A stretch of 64,000 nucleotides of DNA. Origin: Spirochaetia bacterium (GTDB taxonomy: Bacteria; Spirochaetota; Spirochaetia; UBA9216). A program made the translations under genes and the position numbers. Location of the stretch: contig OY776510.1 of the NCBI GenBank assembly GCA_963675665.1, forward strand, positions 160,001 through 224,000. Direction: 5' to 3'. Under the pieces are notes generated by a model, which saw only the letters and a list, made by a program, of their open reading frames with translations, was not told the DNA's origin and searched no databases. Positions 1-8,749 of the stretch are shown piece after piece; positions within the stretch are counted from its first letter, which is position 1, and every line of letters begins with the position of its first letter.

Positions 1-500
1 ATTGAACTTACTTTGGCCTCCGCGCCGAAGCTTTCACAGATTTCTTTAATACGCACGGCTGTCTCGTACCCCAGGCGCGGCGGGTCTTCGTTAAAATCAA
101 TGGCCAGATCATATATTCTTGCAAACTGGTCTCTTGCTTTTCTTACAAGCGGAATCTCGGTTTTTACAGCCCGATAAACCTGCTCAAGCTTTTTTATACT
201 TTCACCGTCGGCAACAGAAGGATGGATAAAACTTTTAAGCTGCAAATTATCGAAGAAATAAACAAAAGCGCCGTTCTCGCCGATAACTGCATCAACCGGC
301 CACTGGCGTATTATCATGTCGCACCATCCGGCCGGTCTGCCGGTTACCGGGATGATCTTCATTCCTGCATTTTGAAGCTGCCACAACGCTTTATATGCTT
401 CAGCGCTCAGCTTGCCGTTGTCCGTAAGAGTGTCGTCTATATCCGTAAGTATAAAACGTACACCGTTTGCCGGCGGTAAAAACTCCTTAAGAGGCTTCAT
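1..500 (-). CDS. HAD-IIB family hydrolase (3' end truncated by window edge)
   Basis: Not in the ORF track. Manual translation from ATG at 500 gives MKPLKEFLPPANGVRFILTDIDDTLT...PVTGRPAGWCD...VIGENG, with HAD motif I (DxD) and TGR; the frame stays open to base 1 and overlaps the pgsA stop. Confidence 0.85.
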   Translation of the reverse strand, partial: MKPLKEFLPPANGVRFILTDIDDTLTDNGKLSAEAYKALWQLQNAGMKIIPVTGRPAGWCDMIIRQWPVDAVIGENGAFVYFFDNLQLKSFIHPSVADGESIKKLEQVYRAVKTEIPLVRKARDQFARIYDLAIDFNEDPPRLGYETAVRIKEICESFGAEAKVSS

Positions 501-1077
501 CGCTTTTAAAAATCTTTCTTACGGCAACAATATAGGTGATGAATGATAAAAGTGAAGCAAGCGCTGAAAGAATGAAAAACAGCGTTACAATCGCTTCAAA
601 TATTCCGATGCCGCTGAAACTGAGTTCCAGGCGATAAACCGAAATCAGTAAAATGCCGAGAGCGCTTGATACCGTATAGGTTACAGCCTTGGCCTTGCCC
701 CATATGCTGGCTGCCATTGCAGTGCCGCGTCCCATCATCATCATTCTGACAAATGTTATTCCAAGTTCACGATAAATTATTACAAGCAGGGCCCACAACG
801 GCATAATTCCCGTAAAGGCAAAACAGATAAAAAATGTAACCCTGCTGATTACGTCCGAAAAAGGGTCCAGAATCTTTCCCAGATCGGTCACCATATTGTA
901 TTTTCTCGCTATATAGCCGTCGAGAACGTCCGAGAGTTCCATCACAATCAGCATGGGTATCATTATAAATACCGAAGCAGCAGCAAAACTGCCGGTCCAT
1001 TCCGGAATGAAATATACAAGGAAAAATACAGGAGCAAGAATAATCCTGAAAACAGTTATTTTTGTCGGTAGATTCAT
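487..1077 (-). CDS. pgsA: CDP-diacylglycerol--glycerol-3-phosphate 3-phosphatidyltransferase
   Basis: MNLPTKITVFR start; CDP-alcohol phosphotransferase motif DVLDGYIARKYNMVTDLGKILDPFSD; WGKAK. Confidence 0.93.
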   Translation of the reverse strand: MNLPTKITVFRIILAPVFFLVYFIPEWTGSFAAASVFIMIPMLIVMELSDVLDGYIARKYNMVTDLGKILDPFSDVISRVTFFICFAFTGIMPLWALLVIIYRELGITFVRMMMMGRGTAMAASIWGKAKAVTYTVSSALGILLISVYRLELSFSGIGIFEAIVTLFFILSALASLLSFITYIVAVRKIFKSDEAS

Positions 1078-1083
1078 AATCTG

Positions 1084-1112
1084 AGGTTATGATTTAAACC
1101 GGATTATGTCAA
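1084..1112 (-). promoter_or_regulatory. sigma70-type promoter of pgsA (likely leaderless)
   Basis: TTGACA (1112-1107)-N17-TAACCT (1089-1084), 6 nt before ATG; no SD sequence. Confidence 0.6.
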
Positions 1113-1122
1113 TGTAGGCCTA

Positions 1123-1272
1123 ATTAAATCAACCCATGGCTGCCTTTGAACCATAAATCACAGCCGGAATCATCGCCAGCCGAAAACTACTGTCGAAAGA
1201 CTCCAGATGTTTTCAGCCGTCGATGCTGCCGGCAGTTATACCTGGGAAATTGCAGCCTTAGGTTCAATTAAT
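1123..1272. repeat. ~150-nt imperfect rod-like inverted repeat (structured RNA or MITE-like element)
   Basis: Nested pairings aacc/ggtt, ggctgc/gcagcc, gccgg/ccggc, catcg/cgatg, gaaaac/gttttc, ctg/cag; several C-A mismatches become G-U pairs on the minus strand. Confidence 0.6.
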
Positions 1273-1297
1273 CTATTTATCTGAAATATTACAAGAA

Positions 1298-1588
1298 TCA
1301 GGCATGTTTCCGGGAGGCTTCTTTGAACATTTCCTGATATCTTGTTTTTTTTGCGTAGGAATAAAGAACCTTATAACCCTTTTCGGTACGTTCCCTGAAT
1401 ATTTCACGCAGTTTGTCATCCATTTCACGTCTTGTTTTAAAAGTATAGACCTTTTCACGACCGGAGCCCTGATCCATTCCGTATATGGTACTGAATGAAT
1501 ATTTTGAAAAAAGATGCGACTGCCTGTCATGAATTGAGTAGTAGCGGATGCTTGAATCATTCATAGTCTTGAAAAAGGTAATCATCAT
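1298..1588 (-). CDS. WGR-domain-like small protein
   Basis: RYYSIHDRQSHLF...YG...REK.YTF...RTEKGY pattern resembles the WGR fold. Confidence 0.6.
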   Translation of the reverse strand: MMITFFKTMNDSSIRYYSIHDRQSHLFSKYSFSTIYGMDQGSGREKVYTFKTRREMDDKLREIFRERTEKGYKVLYSYAKKTRYQEMFKEASRKHA

Positions 1589-1624
1589 ACATTTTGAGTA
1601 TCGACCGGTTTGCCTATAAACTAT

Positions 1625-2353
1625 TCACTCGATATGACGAATTATTACAGGTTTATTCATTTTATCAAAGCGAATGCGGTATTCAATGCTTGGTGTAATT
1701 GCGGCGGCTTCAGCCATTCCTGAAGAAACAGAAAACCCCGGCAAAGACAATAATCTTTTTAGAAGGAAACTTCCGGCGGCATCCTGCGGATCAGTCTCCG
1801 ACTGGCTGAAACCCTCAAACCGGTATACAGAGCCGGATCCGGTAATAAAAAAATAATCCGGAAACTCTATAAGAACCAGCTGAGGATAAACCGTTTTGCT
1901 TTCTATACTGTCGATTCCGGTCCGGCCGTCCGGTGTTTCAAACTGAATCCGGGTAAAATCACTTCCTTCCGAAATGGTACGGTAAGTACAGACCTCGGCT
2001 CCCGGCACAACGCACAGCCAACCGTAAAGAGAATACCAGGTACCGCTTATAAACAGCACAAGAATAAACAGCAGCGGAAGTCCTGCTGCTTTCCAGAACA
2101 GAACTCCAAGGTACCCTGCAGCCGTACTTCCCGCCAGCCAGTACAGCATAAAAGAAAGCGCCGTAAAATCAAAACCGGCGACAAACATCGCAGCCAGAAC
2201 AGATAAAATTGCCAGGCTTAACAGAACTGATGCCGCAGGAGCGCTGCGTCTTTTCCGCGGAGACAGAACAAAACTAAGACCGCCTCCGAGCAGCAACCCG
2301 CCGAGGGTCAGCCAAAGATAAGTGTTTCCGGGATCAATTACCCCGCAATTCAT
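1625..2353 (-). CDS. hypothetical membrane protein
   Basis: About 4 N-terminal hydrophobic helices plus a soluble C-terminal domain; overlaps the carboxypeptidase stop. Confidence 0.6.
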   Translation of the reverse strand: MNCGVIDPGNTYLWLTLGGLLLGGGLSFVLSPRKRRSAPAASVLLSLAILSVLAAMFVAGFDFTALSFMLYWLAGSTAAGYLGVLFWKAAGLPLLFILVLFISGTWYSLYGWLCVVPGAEVCTYRTISEGSDFTRIQFETPDGRTGIDSIESKTVYPQLVLIEFPDYFFITGSGSVYRFEGFSQSETDPQDAAGSFLLKRLLSLPGFSVSSGMAEAAAITPSIEYRIRFDKMNKPVIIRHIE

Positions 2354-3857
2354 AGATTCCGCCGTATTTGTTTTCCAGGTAATCGCTGAAATAGCGGGGG
2401 TTCAGGCTTTCCCCTGTTACCCTTCGGCAAAGCTCGTCCGCCGGATAAACCATTCCGTACTGATGAATGTTTTCCCTCAGCCAGCCCAGGATTTTATCGA
2501 ATTCTCCGCGCCGGACCAAAGCATCTAGATCATTAAATTCATTCATCATTGAATTTCTGAACTGTGCGGCATACAGATTGCCGAGCGCGTAAGTGGGGAA
2601 GTACCCTATAAGGCCCGCAGACCAGTGAACATCCTGCAGGACCCCTTCTGAATCGGTTTTTGGTTTAATACCCAGAAGCTCTTTCATTCGCCGGTTCCAC
2701 TCATCCGGAAGCGACGATACTGCAAGCTCGCCCGAAAGCATCGCTTTTTCAATCTCAAAACGCAGGATTACATGCAGACTGTATGTAACCTCGTCGGCTT
2801 CCACACGGATAAACGAAGGAGAAACCCTGTTTACAGCCCGGTAAAAATCATTAATTTCTACGCCTTCAGTCTGACTTCCGAATATTTTCTGAAATTCCGG
2901 AAAAAACAGTTCCCAGAAAGCAAGACTTCGGCCTACCATATTTTCCCAAAACCTGGACTGCGATTCATGAATACCCAGAGAAACTCCTGTTGCAAGAATT
3001 GTCCCTGCAATATTTTTACCCGTTCCAAGCTCATACAACGCATGTCCGCATTCATGAATATTACTGAACAGCCCGCTGGTAACCAGCTTTTCGTCGTAAC
3101 GGGTTGTAATTCGTACATCGTTTGTTCCCAAGGTTGTAGTAAAAGGATGGGCTGATATATCAAGACGGCCCCTGTCCATCGGGAATCCTATTTTGTCTAT
3201 TACGCTTCGTCCGAACCGGTCCTGCAGATCAGCCGGGTAATTCTTTCTAAGAAATGAAGTGTCGACCTGCTTCGATTTTGCAATTCTCGCCGTCAGATCC
3301 GCAAGTTCTCTGCCGAGAGGTCCGAAAACATCCTGGACCTGCGAGGACGTCATCCATGGTTCATATTCGTCAAGCAGCGCATCGTACGGGTGTTCCCTGT
3401 AGCCGATTTTCTCCGCTTTTTCACGGTTCAGCTCAATTATCCTTGTAAGACTGTCCTCAAAAATTGTGAAATCGGCATTTTCCCTGGCGTTCACCCAGAA
3501 GGTATGTGCAAGACCCGTCTGCCTGGCCATCTCGGTAACAAGAGATTCAGGCAAACGTGAAGCACGCCTGTAGTTGCGGTACATTTCGCGAATAAAGGCT
3601 TTATCCTCCGCAGGAAAGTCGCCCTTGCCTTCGGGTTTATCGTCATCCGCGCCCAGCACCGATAACAGGCGGCCGATTTCAGGAGAGGTGAGTTTCTGAT
3701 GCATTATACCCTCAAGAAGCGCAAGCTGATCGGCACGTTCTTCATTACCCGCATCGGGCATATTGGTTTCCTGGTCCCAGGAGACAATTGCCTGAGTATG
3801 CTCAAGCAGATAGAGATCACGCGCAGATTTCTTCAGATTAACAAGGCTGTCTTTCAT
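2334..3857 (-). CDS. carboxypeptidase, M32 (Taq) family
   Basis: HPF, DVRITTRY, HECGHALYE (HEXXH), HESQSRFWEN, IRVEADE, QDVHW, GYFPTYALG motifs. Confidence 0.95.
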   Translation of the reverse strand: MKDSLVNLKKSARDLYLLEHTQAIVSWDQETNMPDAGNEERADQLALLEGIMHQKLTSPEIGRLLSVLGADDDKPEGKGDFPAEDKAFIREMYRNYRRASRLPESLVTEMARQTGLAHTFWVNARENADFTIFEDSLTRIIELNREKAEKIGYREHPYDALLDEYEPWMTSSQVQDVFGPLGRELADLTARIAKSKQVDTSFLRKNYPADLQDRFGRSVIDKIGFPMDRGRLDISAHPFTTTLGTNDVRITTRYDEKLVTSGLFSNIHECGHALYELGTGKNIAGTILATGVSLGIHESQSRFWENMVGRSLAFWELFFPEFQKIFGSQTEGVEINDFYRAVNRVSPSFIRVEADEVTYSLHVILRFEIEKAMLSGELAVSSLPDEWNRRMKELLGIKPKTDSEGVLQDVHWSAGLIGYFPTYALGNLYAAQFRNSMMNEFNDLDALVRRGEFDKILGWLRENIHQYGMVYPADELCRRVTGESLNPRYFSDYLENKYGGIYELRGN

Positions 3858-4002
3858 TCTTCCCCCTATTCCAATTCGATTACATTTTACCGAATTCCCT
3901 GTAAATTCGATGTTGTCTATTTACCGAAGCGTATGTATATTCTACAGATAATTTATGCAAAATTCAAACAATAGATTATTTTTCTGTTATATTGGAGATT
4001 AT

Positions 4003-4728
4003 ATGAATAAAAGCCAGGTTACAAATTTGGCAGCTGCGGGCATTATTGCCGCCGGATACATTGTATCTATTTATGCCAGCCCTGCAATCGGTTCACATAT
4101 TAAAACGGTCGGTTATTTTGCTCTTTCGGGAGCAATAACAAACTGGCTTGCAGTCTATATGCTGTTCGACAAGGTTCCCGGGCTTTACGGTTCCGGCGTT
4201 ATTCCGGCGCATTTTGAGGAAATCAAGGGATGGATTCGCGGAATGGTCATGGAACAGTTCTTTACCAGGGAAAATCTTGATCGTTATTTTGCCGAGGGAC
4301 AGACGCTGCTGCTTGAATCCTTCGACTTTGAAAAAGCTGTCGACAAGCTTGATTATGACCGGATATACGACACAGTAAAGGGCGAGATCCTGTCCAGCAC
4401 CCTCGGAGGAATGCTGGGAATGTTCGGCGGATCAGGCCTGTTCGAAAAATACCGCGATCCGTTTAAAATCAAAATCCGCGAATACATTCTTATCGAAATT
4501 ACATCTCCACAGTTCTTTGAAACCATTACCGCCTCGGGAAACCTGGATATTACATCGATTGTAATGGAAAAGGTAACCGAAATAGTTCAGGCAAGGCTTG
4601 ATGAGCTGACTCCGGTGATGATAAAGGAAATCGTTCAGGAAATGATCAGAGTTCATCTGGGATGGCTTGTAGTATGGGGCGGCGTTTTCGGCGGGGTAAT
4701 AGGCCTTGCAATGAGCTTTGTAAGCTGA
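4003..4728 (+). CDS. DUF445 family membrane protein
   Basis: GAITNWLAVYMLFDKVPGLYGSGVIP and HLGWLVVWGGVFGG motifs; SD GGAG before ATG 4003. Confidence 0.85.
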   Translation: MNKSQVTNLAAAGIIAAGYIVSIYASPAIGSHIKTVGYFALSGAITNWLAVYMLFDKVPGLYGSGVIPAHFEEIKGWIRGMVMEQFFTRENLDRYFAEGQTLLLESFDFEKAVDKLDYDRIYDTVKGEILSSTLGGMLGMFGGSGLFEKYRDPFKIKIREYILIEITSPQFFETITASGNLDITSIVMEKVTEIVQARLDELTPVMIKEIVQEMIRVHLGWLVVWGGVFGGVIGLAMSFVS

Positions 4729-5295
4729 ATGAATTCTGCACTGATTCTTGCCGGAGGTAATAGCTCGCGTTTCGGGAGTAACAAAGCCATTGCCGGATTG
4801 AATGGAAAACCAGTGATTGCACATATTCTATCTCAGCTTGAACCGCTTTTTTCAGAAATAATCATATCAGCAAAAGATTCAGAAGAATATTCTGGACTGG
4901 GCCTTCCTGTCTGTACCGATATTTTGCAAGGATTCGGCCCGCTTGCAGGAATACACGCAGGGCTTAAAGCAGCCTCATCTGAACATGTTTTTGTTACCGC
5001 CTGCGATATGCCGTTTATATCTAAGAAACTTATCCACCGAATGAAGAAACAGATATACAGATCAAAACCGGCAGCAGTCGTTTCCAGTCGTGGAGATTTC
5101 ATAGAGCCCTTTCACGGGTTCTATTCAAAAAGCCTTGTTCCTGTAATTGAAGAAACAGCAAAGACAGGTCACTGTGGAATATTCTCATTCCTGAAAAAAA
5201 TATATCCGGCGGTAATAGAATCTTCGGATGAATATATTTTTTATAATGTAAACCGGCCTGAAGATCTTGAAAAGCTTACTATTACCACCCTGTAA
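4729..5295 (+). CDS. mobA: molybdenum cofactor guanylyltransferase
   Basis: ILAGGNSSRFGSNKA, GPLAGI, ACDMP, EP, NVNRPED motifs. Confidence 0.9.
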   Translation: MNSALILAGGNSSRFGSNKAIAGLNGKPVIAHILSQLEPLFSEIIISAKDSEEYSGLGLPVCTDILQGFGPLAGIHAGLKAASSEHVFVTACDMPFISKKLIHRMKKQIYRSKPAAVVSSRGDFIEPFHGFYSKSLVPVIEETAKTGHCGIFSFLKKIYPAVIESSDEYIFYNVNRPEDLEKLTITTL

Positions 5296-5397
5296 TTCTT
5301 TAAACATAACCATCTGGACCACTTAAATGGTTATTATAGAAGTCTTCTTAAGAACTTTCGCACGATTTATATTTTTTTCACTGTTGTCCATATGGGA

Positions 5398-6330
5398 CTA
5401 TAAAGCACCGATTTTAATTTTTACTCCGCAGTCTCTGCCGATATCAACAAGGTACTGCAGATCTTCCTTCTTTACAGGCTGCAAATCATGCAGTTTGTAT
5501 TTCCTTCCAAGGCCTTTGTATTTCATGTTGCCGAGCCTGTGATACGGAAGGATCTCTATCCAAAGCAAATTCTTCAATTTCGAAGCCCATTCGAAAATTT
5601 CGCGCTGAATATCCGGCTGATCATTAATTCCGGGAATGGAAGGAACCCGTATAATCATTTTCTTATTGAACCCGTCCAGTTTAATGATATTTTTAAGAAT
5701 TTGATCATTATTGACGCCGGTATACTTTTTATGAAGAACGCTGTCACTGTGCTTAATATCAACATAGATCAAATCAGCGTCCCGTAAAATGTGTAACGAG
5801 CTGTCTTCGTTAGTGTAGAGACATGTTTCAACTGCAACATGAAAATGATAGTCTTTGCAGGCTTTAATCAGCTCTGCTAAAAACTTTGACTGAAGAAGAG
5901 GTTCTCCCCCGGAAAAAGTAACACCCCCTCCTGATTCTATATAAAAGTCCCGGTCTTTTAAAACTTCCGCCATAACCTCGTTTACGGACATTTCCCTGCC
6001 TGTAAACTCGCGCGCACCGTAATAACATGCGCTTACACACTCGCCGCATAATACGCATTTTGAAAAATCTGTATAAATTCCGTATTTATCATCGTACCGA
6101 ACAGCCCCGACCGGACATTTTTCAACACACCGACCGCATAGACTGCATTTATTGGGAAAGTATATAATCTGCGGTTTTTTTATCTGAGATTCGGGATTTG
6201 CGCACCAGTCGCATCTTAACGGACAGCCCTTCATAAAAACAACCGTCCTTATTCCCGGGCCGTCTTCAAGACCATAACGTTCAATATTAAAAATTATACC
6301 CTTCATCTGCCCCATCCTGCTTTCAGGCAT
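5398..6330 (-). CDS. glycyl-radical enzyme activating enzyme 1 (radical SAM with 2x[4Fe-4S] ferredoxin insert)
   Basis: DGPGIRT, CPLRCDWCANPES (CX3CX2C), CSLCGRC...CP and CVLCGEC...C inserts, SGGEP, LPYH. Confidence 0.95.
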   Translation of the reverse strand: MPESRMGQMKGIIFNIERYGLEDGPGIRTVVFMKGCPLRCDWCANPESQIKKPQIIYFPNKCSLCGRCVEKCPVGAVRYDDKYGIYTDFSKCVLCGECVSACYYGAREFTGREMSVNEVMAEVLKDRDFYIESGGGVTFSGGEPLLQSKFLAELIKACKDYHFHVAVETCLYTNEDSSLHILRDADLIYVDIKHSDSVLHKKYTGVNNDQILKNIIKLDGFNKKMIIRVPSIPGINDQPDIQREIFEWASKLKNLLWIEILPYHRLGNMKYKGLGRKYKLHDLQPVKKEDLQYLVDIGRDCGVKIKIGAL

Positions 6331-8734
6331 TTACCTCCGCCCTTCCGATAAGATCGTCCTGGCAGGCGCTGTCCAGCAGGGTGAACAGACAGCTGTATCC
6401 GGAAACCCTGACCATCAGGTCTCTGTACATATCCGGATTGGCTTTTGCGGCCTTCAGGGTTGAATTGTCAACAACATTGAACTGGATCTGCTGGCCGTAT
6501 TTATCAAAAAACACCTTTATCAGCGCGGCAATCCGCTTCCGCCCTTCAAGCGATTTCAAAATACCGTTTGCAAGCCTCATATTCAGTATGGCGCCCTTCT
6601 GGAACCATTCCGTCGGCATTTTACTGACGGAAAGCACTGTGGCAGTTGCACCCATTTTCTCCGCCCCGTTGCACGGTGAAATACCGTTGTTGACCGGCTG
6701 ACCGGCTTTTCTTCCGTCGGGAGTTGCTCCGATTAACTTGCCGAACGCAACATTTCCGGTAACGGGGCTGATATTGGTTGAGAAACACCCGGGAACCGGT
6801 CCTTTGCCGTACCTTGAATTCCTGAAATCCTTGTGAAAACTGCTGCCTATAAAGTCGGCGATTCTTACAGACCATTTATCAACTGAATCTTCATCGTTTC
6901 CGAATTTAGGAGCCTTGTTTATCAGAAGCTGCCTTATTTCCTCACCGGTTGGAGATGTTGTCGTATCCTCGAAATTTGAGGACAGGGCATGCATCAACTG
7001 CTCTGAGGTTACCAGATTTTTATCAAATACAGCGTATTCGATTGCCCCGAGAGAATCTCCGGCTGTATTTATTCCGGCTGTCGGCCCTCCGTCTGCGGAA
7101 TAAACGGAACCTCCTTCAATCAGTGAAAGCCCCCGCTCTACGCAGTCTGCTATCAGCGATGATGAAAACGCGTTTATGTCCCGTTCCCTGTGCAGGTCGT
7201 CGCTGATATGTTCCATGATAACAATCAAACTCATGTAATAATTCAGCTGCTTTTTAAACGACTCGAATAATTCTTCAGTACTTTTCAGTTCAGTCAGATC
7301 TCCGTCGCCGGGCAGCAGGGTTATTCCTTTAGCAGGGTCCGTCCCGTTATTCAGGGTTATTTCGAGGACCTTTGCGATATTTAAGCCGCCGCCTTTTGCC
7401 GCAAAATCCCATTTTCCCGGAATAGAAGCTTCAATGCATCCTACCGGGGCCCAGTTTACGGCATCTTCACGGCTAACCCCCATACCTGTAAGGGTTCGTA
7501 TGAAAGCCTTGTCATTATAGAATGCAGGCATACCGCCTTTATGCTTCTGTACAGCCTCCAGAGCCCTTGTTATAAAACCGTCATCGGTACCTTCAAACCA
7601 CTTAACGGAAAGTGATGACGTAAAAAGCTTTACATCCTCATAGGCTTCGATACAGAGCCAGGAAAGATCATTAACAGCGTCCTTTCCGTCAACGGTCTGT
7701 CCTCCGATGGAAAGATTTATTGCCATATGGTAATTCGGCATCATCTGGGTTTCATCCCAGCAGCGCAGTTTATTCAGCGAATTCATTTTTATAACGAACA
7801 GTTCAATTAATACAAGCGCTTCCTCTCTGCTCAAAGAACCGTCTTCAATGTCCGCTGAATACAGCGGATACAGGTACTGATCAAATCTACCGACAGAATT
7901 TGAATGACCGTTGGACTCAATATAATACATCAGAAGTATGAACCAAACGCTCTGAACACCTTCCCTGAAATTCCGCGCGGGATTTTCCGGGACGTTCGCA
8001 CAGCTTTCCGCCATTCGCATCAGTTCCGCTTTTCTTTCAGGATCCTTTTCCTGTTTCGCTTCTTTCAGACATAACTCTGAATAGCGATTTGCAAACCGGA
8101 TAACAGCTTCATTTGAGATAACAACGGCATTTAAAAACCAGTGTTTTTTTATTGCATCCGGCTGCGTCAAATCGAGTTCTTCAAGCTTCTTTTTTGCATG
8201 ATTGATAACATATCTCAATCCCTTCCTGACGACCAGCTCAAAATCAGGAAGCATATTCCCCAGAGCTGCAACTATAACCCAGGTATTGTCTATTACGCCC
8301 ATCTCCCAGGCCTGAGTGCATTCAGGCGGCAGCCGTTTTTTATAGCTTTCAAAAAGGGTCTTTCCTTCCCAGTATTGTATTATTTCCAGCAATTCAGCCC
8401 TTACTTCGTCGCTGCAGATGAACCTGTCGGCAGGTCTCCGGTCCAGCGGATAGGGGATCCCGTTAAGATCATTTTTAAGCCATTCGGTTGAATATTCAGG
8501 GTAGATAGGTGCAGCCCAGGGCCTGCTTGTCTGATTGCCGACAATAAGTTCGCCTTCCGATACAAAAAGCGACATATTATCAAGTACATTTGCAAATGCC
8601 TTTGCTCTTCTTACCGCTATATTTTCGCCCTCGGTCTGCTTCATTGACTGTGTAAAAAACCTGGCCCTTTCGCTGCAGATTTCGGGTACTGTTTCAAAAA
8701 AACGGCTTCGTAAACTTTCGATTCTTGTATCCAT
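6323..8734 (-). CDS. glycyl radical enzyme 1 (YbiW/eliminase-like clade, substrate unknown)
   Basis: IESNGHS, GRFDQY, Cys loop WAPVGCIEASIPGKW, ATPDGR, Gly loop RVSGYS (Gly ~779). A single Cys, so not PFL. Confidence 0.93.
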   Translation of the reverse strand: MDTRIESLRSRFFETVPEICSERARFFTQSMKQTEGENIAVRRAKAFANVLDNMSLFVSEGELIVGNQTSRPWAAPIYPEYSTEWLKNDLNGIPYPLDRRPADRFICSDEVRAELLEIIQYWEGKTLFESYKKRLPPECTQAWEMGVIDNTWVIVAALGNMLPDFELVVRKGLRYVINHAKKKLEELDLTQPDAIKKHWFLNAVVISNEAVIRFANRYSELCLKEAKQEKDPERKAELMRMAESCANVPENPARNFREGVQSVWFILLMYYIESNGHSNSVGRFDQYLYPLYSADIEDGSLSREEALVLIELFVIKMNSLNKLRCWDETQMMPNYHMAINLSIGGQTVDGKDAVNDLSWLCIEAYEDVKLFTSSLSVKWFEGTDDGFITRALEAVQKHKGGMPAFYNDKAFIRTLTGMGVSREDAVNWAPVGCIEASIPGKWDFAAKGGGLNIAKVLEITLNNGTDPAKGITLLPGDGDLTELKSTEELFESFKKQLNYYMSLIVIMEHISDDLHRERDINAFSSSLIADCVERGLSLIEGGSVYSADGGPTAGINTAGDSLGAIEYAVFDKNLVTSEQLMHALSSNFEDTTTSPTGEEIRQLLINKAPKFGNDEDSVDKWSVRIADFIGSSFHKDFRNSRYGKGPVPGCFSTNISPVTGNVAFGKLIGATPDGRKAGQPVNNGISPCNGAEKMGATATVLSVSKMPTEWFQKGAILNMRLANGILKSLEGRKRIAALIKVFFDKYGQQIQFNVVDNSTLKAAKANPDMYRDLMVRVSGYSCLFTLLDSACQDDLIGRAEVNA

Positions 8735-8749
8735 ATAACCCCCCTCTCC

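Noticed and set aside
222-479. 85-aa plus-strand ORF
   Set aside because: Antisense to the HAD-IIB gene read on the minus strand.
4729-5295. mobA as part of the AOR/GRE island
   Set aside because: It is coupled to the DUF445 gene on the opposite strand, and AOR-family enzymes generally use non-nucleotide pyranopterin; the adjacency may be coincidental.
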